Below, piece after piece: positions 45,191-56,210 of a stretch of 64,000 bases of DNA (position 1 is the first letter of the stretch; each line of letters starts with the position of its first letter). Source of the stretch: Patescibacteria group bacterium (GTDB taxonomy: Bacteria > Patescibacteriota > Patescibacteriia > UBA10025 > JAHIVO01). The position numbers and the translations under genes are program-made. Under the pieces are notes generated by a model, which saw only the letters and a list, made by a program, of their open reading frames with translations, made no database searches and was not told the origin of the DNA. The stretch is from contig JAZDEZ010000021.1 in assembly GCA_043808365.1 (NCBI GenBank), positions 128,403 through 192,402 of the forward strand. The letters run 5' to 3'.

Positions 45191-47188
45191 ATGTCATTGC
45201 CTCTCATCCTCGCACTCGGGGCGGCGGCCCTCGCCATCGCGTATGGCGTCTTATTGATCAGGTGGATCATTCGTCTGCCAAAAGGTGACGACAAAATGCA
45301 GTCAATCGCCAAGGCGATTCAAGAAGGCGCCAGCGCATACCTGAACCGTCAATACCGCACGGTCGGTCTGATCGCGGTGGTGGTGTTCATTATTTTATGG
45401 CTCGCAGTGGATTTGAAAACCGCCATCGGTTTTTTGGTTGGCGCGGTTTTATCCGCGCTGGCCGGATATATCGGCATGAACGTATCAGTCCGCGCTAATG
45501 TGCGCACTGCCGAGGCGGCCAAGCATGGGTTAGCCCAGGCGCTGTCCGTATCCTCGAAAGGCGGCGCGGTTACCGGCTTATTAGTTGTCGGGCTGGGTTT
45601 GCTCGGCGTGGCCGGATATTATGCCATTACGAAGGATGTCACGGCATTAATTGGCCTGGGTTTTGGCGGCAGCTTGATTTCAATATTCGCGCGGTTAGGC
45701 GGGGGCATCTATACCAAAGCAGCCGACGTGGGGGCTGACCTGGTCGGTAAGGTTGAGGCCGGTATCCCAGAGGATGATCCCCGCAATCCTGCGGTTATTG
45801 CCGATAATGTGGGAGATAACGTCGGCGATTGCGCTGGCATGGCGGCTGACCTTTTTGAAACGTATGCCGTGACAGCCGTAGCCTCGATGCTGCTCGGGTC
45901 GCTGTTATTCGTTGGTTTTGAGAATGCGCTTCTCTATCCGCTGGTTATCGGCGGCTTATCGATTGTCACCTCGATTATCGGGATATTTTTTATCCGCTCG
46001 GGCAAGTCAAAAAATATCATGGGTGCGCTGTATAAGGGGATGGTCGCGGCCGGCCTTTTATCCGCCATCGCGTTTTATCCGCTGACCCGCTGGCTGATGC
46101 AGGACAATGGCCGGTATACGGTCAATAATATTTATTTCGCTTCACTGGTCGGATTGATCGTCACGGCACTGTTAGTCGTTATCACGGAATATTACACGTC
46201 GACAAAATACGGTCCGGTGCGCGGTATCGCGGCAGCGTCTGAAACCGGCCACGCGACGAATATTATCAATGGACTGGCCGTGTCCATGAAATCAACCGCC
46301 CTGCCGGTCTTAGTTATCGGCGGCGGGGTGCTGGCCGCGTACGCATTAGCCGATATTTATGGCATCGCGATCGCGGTCATGAGCATGCTGTCATTGACCG
46401 GGATTATCGTGGCCATTGACGCGTATGGCCCGATCACTGACAATGCCGGCGGCATCGCAGAAATGGCCAAACTTCCAAAAGAAGTGCGTGACATCACCGA
46501 TCCGCTGGATGCTGTGGGTAATACGACAAAAGCGGTTACCAAAGGCTATGCCATCGGCTCGGCCGGGCTCGCGGCCTTAGTGCTGTTTGCGGCATACACC
46601 CAGGAGCTGGCTGATCGCGGCCAGAATCTCCTTTTCAATTTAAATGATCCGAAAGTCGTAGTCGGCCTGTTCATCGGCGGCCTCATGCCATACTTGTTCG
46701 GGGCGCAAGCCATGCAGGCAGTCGGCAAAGTAGCCGGGTATGTCGTCGAAGAGGTGCGCCGCCAATTCCGTGAGAACAAAGGGATTATGGCTGGGACGTC
46801 CAAGCCGGATTATGCCAAGACGGTGGATATCGTCACTAAAGGAGCTATCAAGCAAATGATCGTGCCGGCATTGATGCCGGTTGTGGTCCCGGTTGCCGTC
46901 GGATGGCTCATGGGGCCAGTCGCTCTCGGCGGATTATTGGTCGGCAGCATCGTAACCGGCATTTTTGTAGCAATATCCATGACGACCGGCGGTGCGGCTT
47001 GGGATAATGCCAAGAAATATATAGAAACAGGGGCGCATGGCGGCAAAGGTTCAGCCGCGCACCAGGCCGCAGTGACTGGCGATACGGTCGGTGACCCGTA
47101 TAAAGACACGGCCGGCCCGGCAATAAATCCGATGATAAAGATCCTGAATATCGTTGCCTTGTTGATTATCGGACTGATAATTAAGTAA
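45191..47188 (+). CDS. hppA: membrane-bound proton/sodium-translocating pyrophosphatase
   Basis: [20 protein letters not shown] and DNVGDNVGD signatures. 665 aa and polytopic. Confidence 0.95.
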   Translation: MSLPLILALGAAALAIAYGVLLIRWIIRLPKGDDKMQSIAKAIQEGASAYLNRQYRTVGLIAVVVFIILWLAVDLKTAIGFLVGAVLSALAGYIGMNVSVRANVRTAEAAKHGLAQALSVSSKGGAVTGLLVVGLGLLGVAGYYAITKDVTALIGLGFGGSLISIFARLGGGIYTKAADVGADLVGKVEAGIPEDDPRNPAVIADNVGDNVGDCAGMAADLFETYAVTAVASMLLGSLLFVGFENALLYPLVIGGLSIVTSIIGIFFIRSGKSKNIMGALYKGMVAAGLLSAIAFYPLTRWLMQDNGRYTVNNIYFASLVGLIVTALLVVITEYYTSTKYGPVRGIAAASETGHATNIINGLAVSMKSTALPVLVIGGGVLAAYALADIYGIAIAVMSMLSLTGIIVAIDAYGPITDNAGGIAEMAKLPKEVRDITDPLDAVGNTTKAVTKGYAIGSAGLAALVLFAAYTQELADRGQNLLFNLNDPKVVVGLFIGGLMPYLFGAQAMQAVGKVAGYVVEEVRRQFRENKGIMAGTSKPDYAKTVDIVTKGAIKQMIVPALMPVVVPVAVGWLMGPVALGGLLVGSIVTGIFVAISMTTGGAAWDNAKKYIETGAHGGKGSAAHQAAVTGDTVGDPYKDTAGPAINPMIKILNIVALLIIGLIIK

Positions 47189-47200
47189 ATAGCCTACTAA

Positions 47201-47842
47201 ATGGTCTACGCAGGATTCCGTAAAATATTCGGGCCATTAGCCGTAAAAAAAATAAGGAGGGTAGAAGGTGAATGGAATCTGCCCCCCCAACCCCCGTTTA
47301 TCCTGGCGGCCAACCATGTTGGTTTTTTGGATGCGCCTGCCTTGGTCATGCATATCCTTGGTAAGTTCGGTCAGCCGATGCATACGCCGACAACTCCATT
47401 CATGTGGAAAATATGGGGCGAGCGGATTGCCAGGAAATGCCTGGCCATGATTCCGCTCTATCCCGGGCGCGAGGGCGAGGCGTTGATTGAGATGGAAAAA
47501 ATCATAAAGCAGGGGGGGATTGTCGGGATATTTCCGGAGGGAGGCAGAAATCCCCATCCCGACAGCTTGCTCCGGGGCAAAACCGGCGCGGTGCGGCTGG
47601 CGCTGGCGACCGGTGCGCCGTTAATTCCCATTGGCCTCATCAATACAACGGGCTTCGGCCTGTATAAATTGCTTCTTATCAACTTGTGGCGGCCGAGCAA
47701 ATACATTGATATCAAGTTCGGCCAGCCGGTCGACCTTGCTGAATTTCGGGGCCAGCCGGTCACCAAGCCATTGTTAATCGCGGCCACGCGGAAGTTGATG
47801 CGGGCCATCGGCGTGCTGTGCGGCAAGGCGTATAATTATTAA
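47201..47842 (+). CDS. plsC: 1-acyl-sn-glycerol-3-phosphate acyltransferase
   Basis: NHVGFLD (HX4D) and FPEGGRN motifs. Confidence 0.8.
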   Translation: MVYAGFRKIFGPLAVKKIRRVEGEWNLPPQPPFILAANHVGFLDAPALVMHILGKFGQPMHTPTTPFMWKIWGERIARKCLAMIPLYPGREGEALIEMEKIIKQGGIVGIFPEGGRNPHPDSLLRGKTGAVRLALATGAPLIPIGLINTTGFGLYKLLLINLWRPSKYIDIKFGQPVDLAEFRGQPVTKPLLIAATRKLMRAIGVLCGKAYNY

Positions 47843-48520
47843 ATGCAAACAATGAACAAGGTCTATCCGATTTCCCGTTATGTTATATTTCCGATCTTTC
47901 GTTTTTTTGTGAAAAAAACAGTTGGACTGGAAAACTAGCCGCCACAGGGGCCATACATCATCGCCTGCAAGCATATGGCGCCGCTGGACGGTTTTTTTAT
48001 TGCCGCGGTCATTGTCCCGTATCTAAACAAAAAAATATCTTTTTTTGCAAATGTCGCCAGGTGGGGATGGTGGTGGGAGAAGATCGTTTCCAAGCGTTGG
48101 GCCGGGTCCATCCCATTTAATCGGGATAACCCAAACGCGTGCCTGGCAATCGCCGACGGATATCTAAAACAAGGGAAAATAGTCGGTATTTTCCCGGAGG
48201 GGATAATCCAGGATTACGAACAGCGCGGACGGGCGAAGACCGGCGCAGCCCGGCTGGCCATCTGGAACCGCGTGCCGATCGTGCCGATCGGCCTGGTCCA
48301 TGATATCAGTGTTCGGACTGACCTGCCGCGGTTGCAGCGCCGCCGCCAGACCATAAAGAATATTTTATTAAACCCGCATTCACTGGAAATCCATATCGGC
48401 CAGCCATTTAAGTTGACTGAATATTATGGCCAGCCGATGACCCGCGCCATGCTCATTGAGGCGACTGATGCCATTATGGTGAAGATTAAAACCTTAACAA
48501 AAATTAATATTGTGCCATAA
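47843..48520 (+). pseudogene. PlsC-family acyltransferase paralog interrupted by in-frame TAG
   Basis: From the ATG at 47843 the frame reads ...VGLEN*PPQGPYIIACKHMAPLD... with TAG at 47936-47938. That codon aligns with Leu of the paralog (EWNLPPQPPF). The track ORF 47975-48520 starts inside the HX4D motif. Confidence 0.65.
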
Positions 48521-48564
48521 TTGCGGAGGAGGAGCCGGCCTGGTTAATAAGTAATATTACACAT

Positions 48565-50016
48565 ATGGACTGGAAAACACTTTCCCATTTGCCCGCGAGC
48601 GACATCCGCGCCTTGCAAAATGACTTATTGCGCCGGTTTATGAGGCACCAGCTCCCGTACTCGCCATTTTATCGTGAATTGTTTGAAAAAAACAGCATCA
48701 GTTTTAAGGAGATCAAAACAATTGACGACCTCCAGAGGCTGCCTTTTACCGATAAATCAGATGTGGCGCCGACCGCGGATGATCCGGGCAAATCCAGAAA
48801 ATTCATCCTCCAGCCTGACGAGCACTTGTTGAAAAAGTACGCATCGAAAAAAATGCTCGCCCAGCTGGTCTGGGGCAAGCTGACCAAGCAGGACGTCAAG
48901 CGGAAGCTGGAATGGGTGTACAAGCCGATTCACGTGCATTTTACCACTGGCCGGACCGCTCTGCCGACATCTTTTGTCTATTCGAGCCGAGACGTGGAGA
49001 TGCTGAAAGAGGCCGGCGAACGCATGCTGGACGTGGCCGGTGTTTCGCGCGACCTGGTGGCGATCAATGCCTTCCCCTACGCGCCGCATTTGGCGTTTTG
49101 GCAGGCCTATAACGCCCTGACCAAGCTCGGCATGACGTCCATCCAGACCGGCGGCGGCAAGATCATGGGCACGCAAAAAATACTTGACGCGACCGAAAAG
49201 CTGAAAGCCGGGCTCATTACCTTTATCCCCGGGTACGGCTACCACCTCTTGCGTGAAGCGGTAAAGCAGGGCCGGAATTTTTCCAGCCTGAAATTCATTA
49301 TCAGCGGCGGGGAGCGCGCCAGTGCCGGGCAAAAAGAGAAAGTCCATGAGTATCTGGAAAAACTTGGCGCCAAGGACGCGCAGTACCTGTCCACCTACGC
49401 CATGACCGAAGGCAAGACCGCATGGATCCAATGCCACGAACGGTCCGGCTACCATACGTATCCAGATTTGGAAATATGGGAAGTCATAGATAAGAATGGC
49501 AAAGTCGTCAAGCCGGGCGAACCCGGTGAATTGGTAGTCACGACGATCGGCTGGCGCGGTTCAGTCGTGGTTCGCTACCGCACCGGTGACATGACCGAAG
49601 GCATGGATTATGAGCCCTGTCCGCATTGCGGCAAAACAGTCCCCCGCATCCGGATGGATATTCAGCGCAGTTCGGAAATAAAGGAGTTCCACTTGACCAA
49701 AGTAAAAGGCGAATTGATCAATTTGAATGACTTTTACCCGGTCATGTCCAGCGTCGCGGGCATCGATGAATGGCAGGTGGAGATCCGCAAGAAAAACAAT
49801 GACCCGTACGATACCGATGAACTGGTGGCATATATTGCCGTCAAGCCGGGAGACTCCTTCAGCCAAGTCAAGGCAGAAGTCGACAAAAAGGTCCGCGGTG
49901 AGATGTTTATCACCGTCCTGATAGAAGAAAAGAAATTGGCAGAACTGGAACTGATGCTGGGCATGGAAACTGAATTGAAGGAAAAGCGGATAATAGACAA
50001 ACGGCCCAAAGTTTAA
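48565..50016 (+). CDS. adenylate-forming enzyme, phenylacetate-CoA ligase / coenzyme F390 synthetase-like
   Basis: 483 aa with a YRTGD motif and PaaK-like layout. Confidence 0.65.
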   Translation: MDWKTLSHLPASDIRALQNDLLRRFMRHQLPYSPFYRELFEKNSISFKEIKTIDDLQRLPFTDKSDVAPTADDPGKSRKFILQPDEHLLKKYASKKMLAQLVWGKLTKQDVKRKLEWVYKPIHVHFTTGRTALPTSFVYSSRDVEMLKEAGERMLDVAGVSRDLVAINAFPYAPHLAFWQAYNALTKLGMTSIQTGGGKIMGTQKILDATEKLKAGLITFIPGYGYHLLREAVKQGRNFSSLKFIISGGERASAGQKEKVHEYLEKLGAKDAQYLSTYAMTEGKTAWIQCHERSGYHTYPDLEIWEVIDKNGKVVKPGEPGELVVTTIGWRGSVVVRYRTGDMTEGMDYEPCPHCGKTVPRIRMDIQRSSEIKEFHLTKVKGELINLNDFYPVMSSVAGIDEWQVEIRKKNNDPYDTDELVAYIAVKPGDSFSQVKAEVDKKVRGEMFITVLIEEKKLAELELMLGMETELKEKRIIDKRPKV

Positions 50017-50021
50017 ATGCC

Positions 50022-50849
50022 ATGTCACATTCCCGCGCTTTAATTGTCGGACCAGGCGGCTTACATGGAGCCTATGGTGCCGGAGTATTGTCGGTGCTGG
50101 GGCGCAAACTGGAGCCGGACTATTTTCATACTGTTTACGCCTGCTCAGTCGGCGTTTTAACGGCGACTTTTTTTGTAGCCAAACAGCCGGATACGATTGA
50201 AAATACATGGCGGCACTTGGTAAGTGATCGCCAGTTGGTGAATTTTCTCAACCCATTATTCGGGAAGGAGATAATGGATTTGGAGTACCTGATAGGAATT
50301 TTTAGCGATGACCGCTCTCGCTTAGATACGCATACGGCTTTTAATTCCCCGACGAAATTAGTGTATAACCTGACAAATTACAGGAACGGGAAAGCAGTTT
50401 ATATATCGCCACATGAAAATAATTGGCAGGTGTTGATGAAGGCCTCGTGCGCCTTGCCGGTTATCAATCAGCCAATCGTGGTGGGCTTGGAGCGCTATAT
50501 CGACGGCGGGGCCGCTGATCCATTGCCGCTTGATAAGGCATTATTTGACGGTCACGATGAACTGGTGATAATCATTAATCGGGATAAGTATGCATATGCC
50601 GGTAACCGTTTCAACCTTTCTTGGTTGGCGTCCTGGGTAACGCCCGCCCCAATTTCCCGATTGTTAAAAAATGACATCCAGAGAAAAAGGCATATCATCG
50701 AGAGGGCAACTTCCGATATAAGATGTCGGATCATCAGGCCAAGTAAAAAATCGCCGTTAAAATCATTGTTTGATACGGATAAACGTCATTTAAACGGGAT
50801 AATTGACTTGGGGAAGCAGGATGCGGAAGCTTTTTTAAGGATATTATAA
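50022..50849 (+). CDS. patatin-like phospholipase
   Basis: Oxyanion GPGGLHGAYGAG, nucleophile elbow ACSVG and catalytic DGG. Confidence 0.75.
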   Translation: MSHSRALIVGPGGLHGAYGAGVLSVLGRKLEPDYFHTVYACSVGVLTATFFVAKQPDTIENTWRHLVSDRQLVNFLNPLFGKEIMDLEYLIGIFSDDRSRLDTHTAFNSPTKLVYNLTNYRNGKAVYISPHENNWQVLMKASCALPVINQPIVVGLERYIDGGAADPLPLDKALFDGHDELVIIINRDKYAYAGNRFNLSWLASWVTPAPISRLLKNDIQRKRHIIERATSDIRCRIIRPSKKSPLKSLFDTDKRHLNGIIDLGKQDAEAFLRIL

Positions 50850-50862
50850 AAGATCGTTTAGC

Positions 50863-50891
50863 TTGAAAAAACCCTGGAAACAGTCTAAAAT
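50863..50891 (+). promoter_or_regulatory. sigma70-type promoter of tig
   Basis: TTGAAA, a 17-nt spacer, then TAAAAT. Confidence 0.6.
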
Positions 50892-50930
50892 TAAGTATCC
50901 AAGGCTGATTTTTTATCCGTAAACAATACC

Positions 50931-52214
50931 ATGAAAACAAGCGTCAAATATTTGCCAAAAAGCCGGGTTGAGTTGATTGTTGAATTGAGTCCGGATGAGA
51001 TGAAGCCGTATCAGGAACAGGCGGCCAAGTCTTTGTCATACGGCACCAAAATTGCCGGGTTCAGGCCGGGCAAGGCGCCCTACGATCTCGTTGAACGCGA
51101 GGTCGGTGCCATGAAGATCCTTCAGGAAGCAGCCGAAAAAGCTATTGAGAGATCTTTTACCGAAGCAATAGTTGAGCATAAGCTGGTGACTGTCGGTCCG
51201 CCCCAGGTAGCATTAGAAAAACTTGCGCCAGGAAATCTATTTTCATATAAAGCCACCGTCTCAGTGCTGCCACAGGTGGAACTGACAGATTACCGCAAGG
51301 TTAAGGCAAATAAACGTGAGGTGAAAGTTGAGACGAAAGAAATTGATGAGACTGTCACAAATTTACGTAAGATGTATGGCAAGGAAAAACTGGTCACCCG
51401 GCCGGCGCGGCAGGGGGACAAGATTGAGATAGACCTGGATACGTATATGGATAAAGTGCCGATCGACGGCGGGACGAGCAAAAATCATCCGGTGGTGATA
51501 GGCGAAGGCCATTTTATCCCAGGGTTTGAGGAGAGCGTCATTGATATGGCTACGGGCCAGACAAAGGAATTCCAGCTGAAATTTCCAAAAACCTACCATC
51601 GCAAGGATTTGGCCGGTCAGCCCGTTGATTTTAAGGTAAAGGTGAATAGCGTTTTTGAAATTGAATTGCCGGCCGTTGACGATTCATTTGCCAAGATGCT
51701 TGGGCAGTTTGAAAAATTGGATGATATGCGCGCGCAGATTGAGCAGAGCATCCACCGTGACAAATCCGCTAAGGAGCAGCAACGCTGGGAGCTGGAGATT
51801 ATCAATTATGTTATCACCAAGTCTTCGTTTGGCGAGTTGCCGGCCATTCTCATGGAAACGGAATTGCATAAGATGATGCATGAATTGGAACACGAGGTGA
51901 CCGGCGAGGGCATGAAATTCGAGGACTACCTGCAGAGTATCAAAAAATCCAAGGAGGAATTGCAGGCAGAATTCCGGCCACAGGCGGAAAAACGAATCAA
52001 GACCGCCTTGGTTCTCCGGGAAATCGCGACAAAAGAACATATCCAGGTCAGTGATGATGAATTGGAAAAGGAAATCAATATCCACCAGAAGCAGTACGAA
52101 AATAAGCCTGAGATAGCGGAGCAGCTCAAGAAGCCGGAATACCGAGATTACTTGAGGAACATCCTCCGCAGTCAGAAAGTCTTCGAATTCTTGGATAAGA
52201 AAGGTAAAGGATAA
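50931..52214 (+). CDS. tig: trigger factor
   Basis: N-terminal ribosome-binding GFRPGKAP motif, an FKBP-like middle and a helical C-terminal arm. Confidence 0.9.
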   Translation: MKTSVKYLPKSRVELIVELSPDEMKPYQEQAAKSLSYGTKIAGFRPGKAPYDLVEREVGAMKILQEAAEKAIERSFTEAIVEHKLVTVGPPQVALEKLAPGNLFSYKATVSVLPQVELTDYRKVKANKREVKVETKEIDETVTNLRKMYGKEKLVTRPARQGDKIEIDLDTYMDKVPIDGGTSKNHPVVIGEGHFIPGFEESVIDMATGQTKEFQLKFPKTYHRKDLAGQPVDFKVKVNSVFEIELPAVDDSFAKMLGQFEKLDDMRAQIEQSIHRDKSAKEQQRWELEIINYVITKSSFGELPAILMETELHKMMHELEHEVTGEGMKFEDYLQSIKKSKEELQAEFRPQAEKRIKTALVLREIATKEHIQVSDDELEKEINIHQKQYENKPEIAEQLKKPEYRDYLRNILRSQKVFEFLDKKGKG

Positions 52215-52367
52215 TTTAAATCAGAAGCGAAAAACTATATTAATAATTCCTAATGAAGAATTTCTAATTTCTAATCAATGTCTGATTCCCAAATGTTTAA
52301 TTGGTCATTAATGCATTGGGATTTGATTAGAAATTAGGAATTAAAAATTAGTAATTCTTCAGAATAT

Positions 52368-53198
52368 ATGAATATTGGCGCTCATGTTTCCATTGCCGGC
52401 GGTGTGTACAATGCGCCAATAAACGCAAGCCGAGCTGGCTGTGAGTGTTTTCAGATGTTCACGCGCTCTCCGCAGGGCGGGCCGGCGCCTGTCTTGGATC
52501 CGGATACGGTCAGTGCATTTCATGCCAACATGAAGAAGTATAAACAGGCCGCCGTTTATATTCATACACCATACTACATCAACTTAGCTTCAGCCAATAA
52601 CCGCATTCGGTTCGGTTCGATAAATGTCATTCGGGATGAGCTGGAGCGCGGGTCAATACTGGGGGCTAAAGCTTTAATGACGCATCTAGGCTCGTCTGCT
52701 GATCTTGGCCAAAAAGAAGCGTTAAAAAAAGTGGTTGAGGGGGTAGGTAAAATATCAGCCGGCTACAAAGGCGCCACTCAATTTTTAATTGAAATTTCCG
52801 CTGGCACCGGCAATATCATCGGCGATACGTTTGAGGAGATCGGCCAGATCATCAAAGCCGTGCCGGAATATTCTTTAGGCGTTTGTTTCGATACGTGCCA
52901 TGCGTTTGTCTCTGGCTACGATTTGAGGACTAAAAAAGCCATTGATAAAACTTTGAAAGCATTTGATGATATCATTGGAATAGAGAAACTTGCCGTCATC
53001 CATGCCAATGATGCAATGTTTGGCATTGATTCCCATAAGGATCGGCATGAGCATATCGGGCATGGCTATATCGGCGCCGAAGGCTTTCGCGCGCTGCTCC
53101 ATCACCCGCAGCTGAAGGATGTCGATTTCATCCTGGAAACGCCGCCCGGGGGGAAAGGGATAAATGATATTAATATGTTAAATGAGTTAAGAAAGTGA
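52368..53198 (+). CDS. nfo: deoxyribonuclease IV (endonuclease IV)
   Basis: MNIGAHVSIAGG start with His/Asp/Glu metal ligands of the TIM-barrel AP endonuclease. Confidence 0.85.
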   Translation: MNIGAHVSIAGGVYNAPINASRAGCECFQMFTRSPQGGPAPVLDPDTVSAFHANMKKYKQAAVYIHTPYYINLASANNRIRFGSINVIRDELERGSILGAKALMTHLGSSADLGQKEALKKVVEGVGKISAGYKGATQFLIEISAGTGNIIGDTFEEIGQIIKAVPEYSLGVCFDTCHAFVSGYDLRTKKAIDKTLKAFDDIIGIEKLAVIHANDAMFGIDSHKDRHEHIGHGYIGAEGFRALLHHPQLKDVDFILETPPGGKGINDINMLNELRK

Positions 53199-53360
53199 TA
53201 GGCAGATAATAAGCACCGGTATCGGAACTCTAATGTGTTAATGACTTGATTAATACGTTTTGAATATTGGATAATTGGTTATTGAATCATTGATTGGAAA
53301 TTGTGGTTTGGTTATTGTAATTTATTAAAAGACATTTGTTGAGGCATAAAGAATCAAGAT

Positions 53361-53999
53361 ATGGCTAAAGTGACTCAAAAAATATCGACAATAGTTCTGT
53401 GGCTGATGTTTGCCGCGGCCATCGTTTTATTGGTCGCTACATTCACTAATATTAATTCCTTACTCATAAAACCATTAGTCCGTAATGACCAGCCTTTGCC
53501 ATCGGATGTTGTGATAATTTTAGGCGGCGGCATACTGCGCGATACCCATTCTTTGCCATGGGGCGTCGAGGAGCGGGTGGCAAAAGGCGTTGAATTATTC
53601 AAAGCGGGCTATGCCACGAAAATAATCGTGGCGGGCGGTATTGCGCATTATCAGGGCGAGGCGGAAAGCGAAGTGATGGCTCCTTATGCTGAGATGTTAG
53701 GCGTACCGGCCGAGGACATTATCCAGGAGAATAAGTCTAAAAACACTCATACCAACGCTCTCAATAGCACAAAGATCATGCAGGACCATGGTTGGCAGAG
53801 GGCTATCGTAGTAACATCCGACTTCCATACTGGCCGGGCGTGCCGGATATTCAAAAAAGTTACGCAGAACATACTTTGCGTCGCCGCGCCGCGCCATCCG
53901 TCATTTGACGGCAATTATTTTCGCAACCTGATGGATTTCCGAGCCACTGTCCGCGAATACGGCGCTTGGGTGTATAATTGGTTACGGGGCAATGTATAA
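53361..53999 (+). CDS. YdcF/ElyC-family (DUF218) protein
   Basis: N-terminal anchor followed by VIILGGG and VVTSDFH motifs. Confidence 0.7.
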   Translation: MAKVTQKISTIVLWLMFAAAIVLLVATFTNINSLLIKPLVRNDQPLPSDVVIILGGGILRDTHSLPWGVEERVAKGVELFKAGYATKIIVAGGIAHYQGEAESEVMAPYAEMLGVPAEDIIQENKSKNTHTNALNSTKIMQDHGWQRAIVVTSDFHTGRACRIFKKVTQNILCVAAPRHPSFDGNYFRNLMDFRATVREYGAWVYNWLRGNV

Positions 54000-54024
54000 T
54001 GAATAATGTACAATTAATAATTCT

Positions 54025-54786
54025 ATGAAGCTGACGGTATTAGGGTCGGGGACGACCGTGCCATCAATTAAACGATCAGCACCGGCATATTGGCTGGAAG
54101 CTGGAGGCAAGCGGGTGTTATTGGATAGTGGGGAGGGCGCGAAACGCCGTATGTCCGAAGCCGGCAAGAACCTCGCTGATATTGATTATATTTTTTATAC
54201 ACACACCCATGTTGACCATGTGGCCGAATTGCCCGCTATCTTATGGGCCAGTAAATGGAAAGAAAATTGCCGGACGCGCGACCTGGAAATTTTCGGACCG
54301 AAAGGCTTCAAGAAATTTTTTAAAAAAATGCTGGCTGCGTTTTGGCCGTCTTTCTACGAGCAGGGCGGTTTTACCGTTAACATCACCGAGCTGAAAAAAG
54401 ACCGGCAGGAAACCGAAGGCCTGACCATCAGGACCAGGAAACTCGATGAGCAGGGCAGTACGTTGGTCAAGAACTCTGTTGGCTATCGGATCGAATACGG
54501 CGGACGGTCATTCGTCTATACCGGCGACGTGGGATATAATGCGAATGTAATCAAGCTGGCCAAGAAAGCCGACGTCCTGCTTATTGATTCGGGTGCGGTA
54601 CAGCCTATGGACGGTCATCTGACCCCGGCCCAGGCCGGCGAGCTGGCCGCCAAAGCCAAGGCAAAAAAACTGGTCCTGACCCATTTTTATCCGGCGGTGG
54701 AGCGGATTGACATTCTCGGCGAGGCCAGAAAAAACTTTAGCGGTGAAATAGTTTTGGCCGAGGATTTAATGGAAATTGAGATATGA
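54025..54786 (+). CDS. MBL-fold metallo-hydrolase (RNase Z/BN-like)
   Basis: YTHTHVDH motif. Confidence 0.7.
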   Translation: MKLTVLGSGTTVPSIKRSAPAYWLEAGGKRVLLDSGEGAKRRMSEAGKNLADIDYIFYTHTHVDHVAELPAILWASKWKENCRTRDLEIFGPKGFKKFFKKMLAAFWPSFYEQGGFTVNITELKKDRQETEGLTIRTRKLDEQGSTLVKNSVGYRIEYGGRSFVYTGDVGYNANVIKLAKKADVLLIDSGAVQPMDGHLTPAQAGELAAKAKAKKLVLTHFYPAVERIDILGEARKNFSGEIVLAEDLMEIEI

Positions 54787-55286
54787 AAATTGGCATAATG
54801 TCAGACTCCCACGATAACCAGCCGAATATTGAAAAGGCGCTAGCTTATTTGAATGAACAAAAGATCGATACGCTGATCCATTGCGGCGATGTGTGCGCCC
54901 CCGCGACATTAGCTTTTATAGCTGAACATTATAATGGGCAGATCCATATGTGTTTCGGCAACGTGGACGGCGACCGGTTTAACATGACGCGGATGTCTTT
55001 TGAGGATTTTAAAAACGTAAGAATCCACGGCGAAGTCGGGGAGCTGGCCATTGGCGGGAAAAGGATCGCGTTTGTCCATTATCCGTACATGGCCAAAGGC
55101 CTGGCTGCGGAAGGAAAATATGACCTGGTTTTTTACGGCCATGACCACAAGCCATGGGAAGAGACGATCGGCACGACGCGGATAGCGAATCCGGGGAACC
55201 TGGCGAATATATTTTACGCGCCGACTTTCGCGATTCTTGATACTGAGACGGGAAATCTGGAATTAAAAATATTATCCAAAATATGA
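54783..55286 (+). CDS. YfcE/MJ0936-family metallophosphoesterase
   Basis: MSDSHDN, GDV and GHDH motifs. Confidence 0.8.
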   Translation: MKIGIMSDSHDNQPNIEKALAYLNEQKIDTLIHCGDVCAPATLAFIAEHYNGQIHMCFGNVDGDRFNMTRMSFEDFKNVRIHGEVGELAIGGKRIAFVHYPYMAKGLAAEGKYDLVFYGHDHKPWEETIGTTRIANPGNLANIFYAPTFAILDTETGNLELKILSKI

Positions 55287-56053
55287 CGTTTAAAAAAACG
55301 CTGGTCGCAGCCGCCCATGCGGCCGGACGGTTCCAGCTTAAGCATTTCGGCAAGCTGGGACATGTAACCCGCCATTTCAAGGCCCACCATGAGATGGTCA
55401 CATATGTCGATAAGCAGTCTGAACATAAGATAATCGGAATTATTAAGAAGCAATTCCCGGGGCACGCAATAATTTCAGAAGAGTCTCCAATGCAAAAACA
55501 TATTCGGGGCGAATTCACGTGGGTCATCGATCCGCTCGACGGGACGACAAATTTTGCCATTGGCAACCCCCTCTTTGGAGTTTCGATAGGAATTATAGAT
55601 GTGCGTGGGGCGTATGAAGGTGTGCTGTATTTCCCGGTCATGCGGAGATTGCTGTATTGTCGGCGCGGTCACGGTGCATATGAAAACGGCAGACTCGTCC
55701 ATGTATCGCGGAGCGGTTTGGCGGATTCCATCCTGTCAGTAAATTTTTCCCATAATATTCAAGCGTCCCGTCAGGCTATGGGCATCATGAAACAACTAAG
55801 GCCCTGCGTAAACAATATCCGTATCTTTGGATCAAGCGCTTTTGCATTCAGTTTGGTGGCAAATGGGGCAGTTGATGGGCTCATAATGGTCGGCACACAA
55901 CACCACTGGGATGTGCATCCAGGCATATTAATGGCTACGGAAGCCGGCGGTAAGGTGACGAATTTTTCAGGGAAAACCTGGGACATTAATGGGCGCGGTA
56001 TCATTATTTCAAACGGGAAAATCCATTCCAATCTCGTCAGGGAATTAAGGTAA
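55283..56053 (+). CDS. inositol monophosphatase family protein (SuhB-like)
   Basis: WVIDPLDGTTNF and WD motifs. Confidence 0.8.
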   Translation: MTFKKTLVAAAHAAGRFQLKHFGKLGHVTRHFKAHHEMVTYVDKQSEHKIIGIIKKQFPGHAIISEESPMQKHIRGEFTWVIDPLDGTTNFAIGNPLFGVSIGIIDVRGAYEGVLYFPVMRRLLYCRRGHGAYENGRLVHVSRSGLADSILSVNFSHNIQASRQAMGIMKQLRPCVNNIRIFGSSAFAFSLVANGAVDGLIMVGTQHHWDVHPGILMATEAGGKVTNFSGKTWDINGRGIIISNGKIHSNLVRELR

Positions 56054-56161
56054 GCACAATAAAAAAACAGGGTTCGAGTAAACCTTGCTTTTTTGGTGCC
56101 GTCCCTCACTTCATTCGGGACCACTGAAATTTGATTTTATTTAAATGCTGGAGGCCGGACT

Positions 56162-56197
56162 TCCGCCTTCCCTGAAGCAAGTTCAGGGTTCGGCGGA
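56162..56197. repeat. TCCGCCTTC...TTCGGCGGA palindromic element
   Basis: TCCGCCTTC-CCTGAAGCAAGTTCAGGG-TTCGGCGGA. It has the same ends as 36427-36463 but a different inner hairpin. Confidence 0.75.
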
Positions 56198-56210
56198 CAG
56201 GCGAACCGAC

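Noticed and set aside
52215-53360. AT-rich flanks of nfo with partial similarity (AATTGGTYATT...CATTG...GAAATT) and a roughly 20-nt imperfect inverted repeat at about 52277-52344, suggesting an nfo cassette.
   Set aside because: The similarity between the two flanks is short and gappy and plausibly due to AT-rich composition. The inverted repeat has no partner on the other side of the gene.
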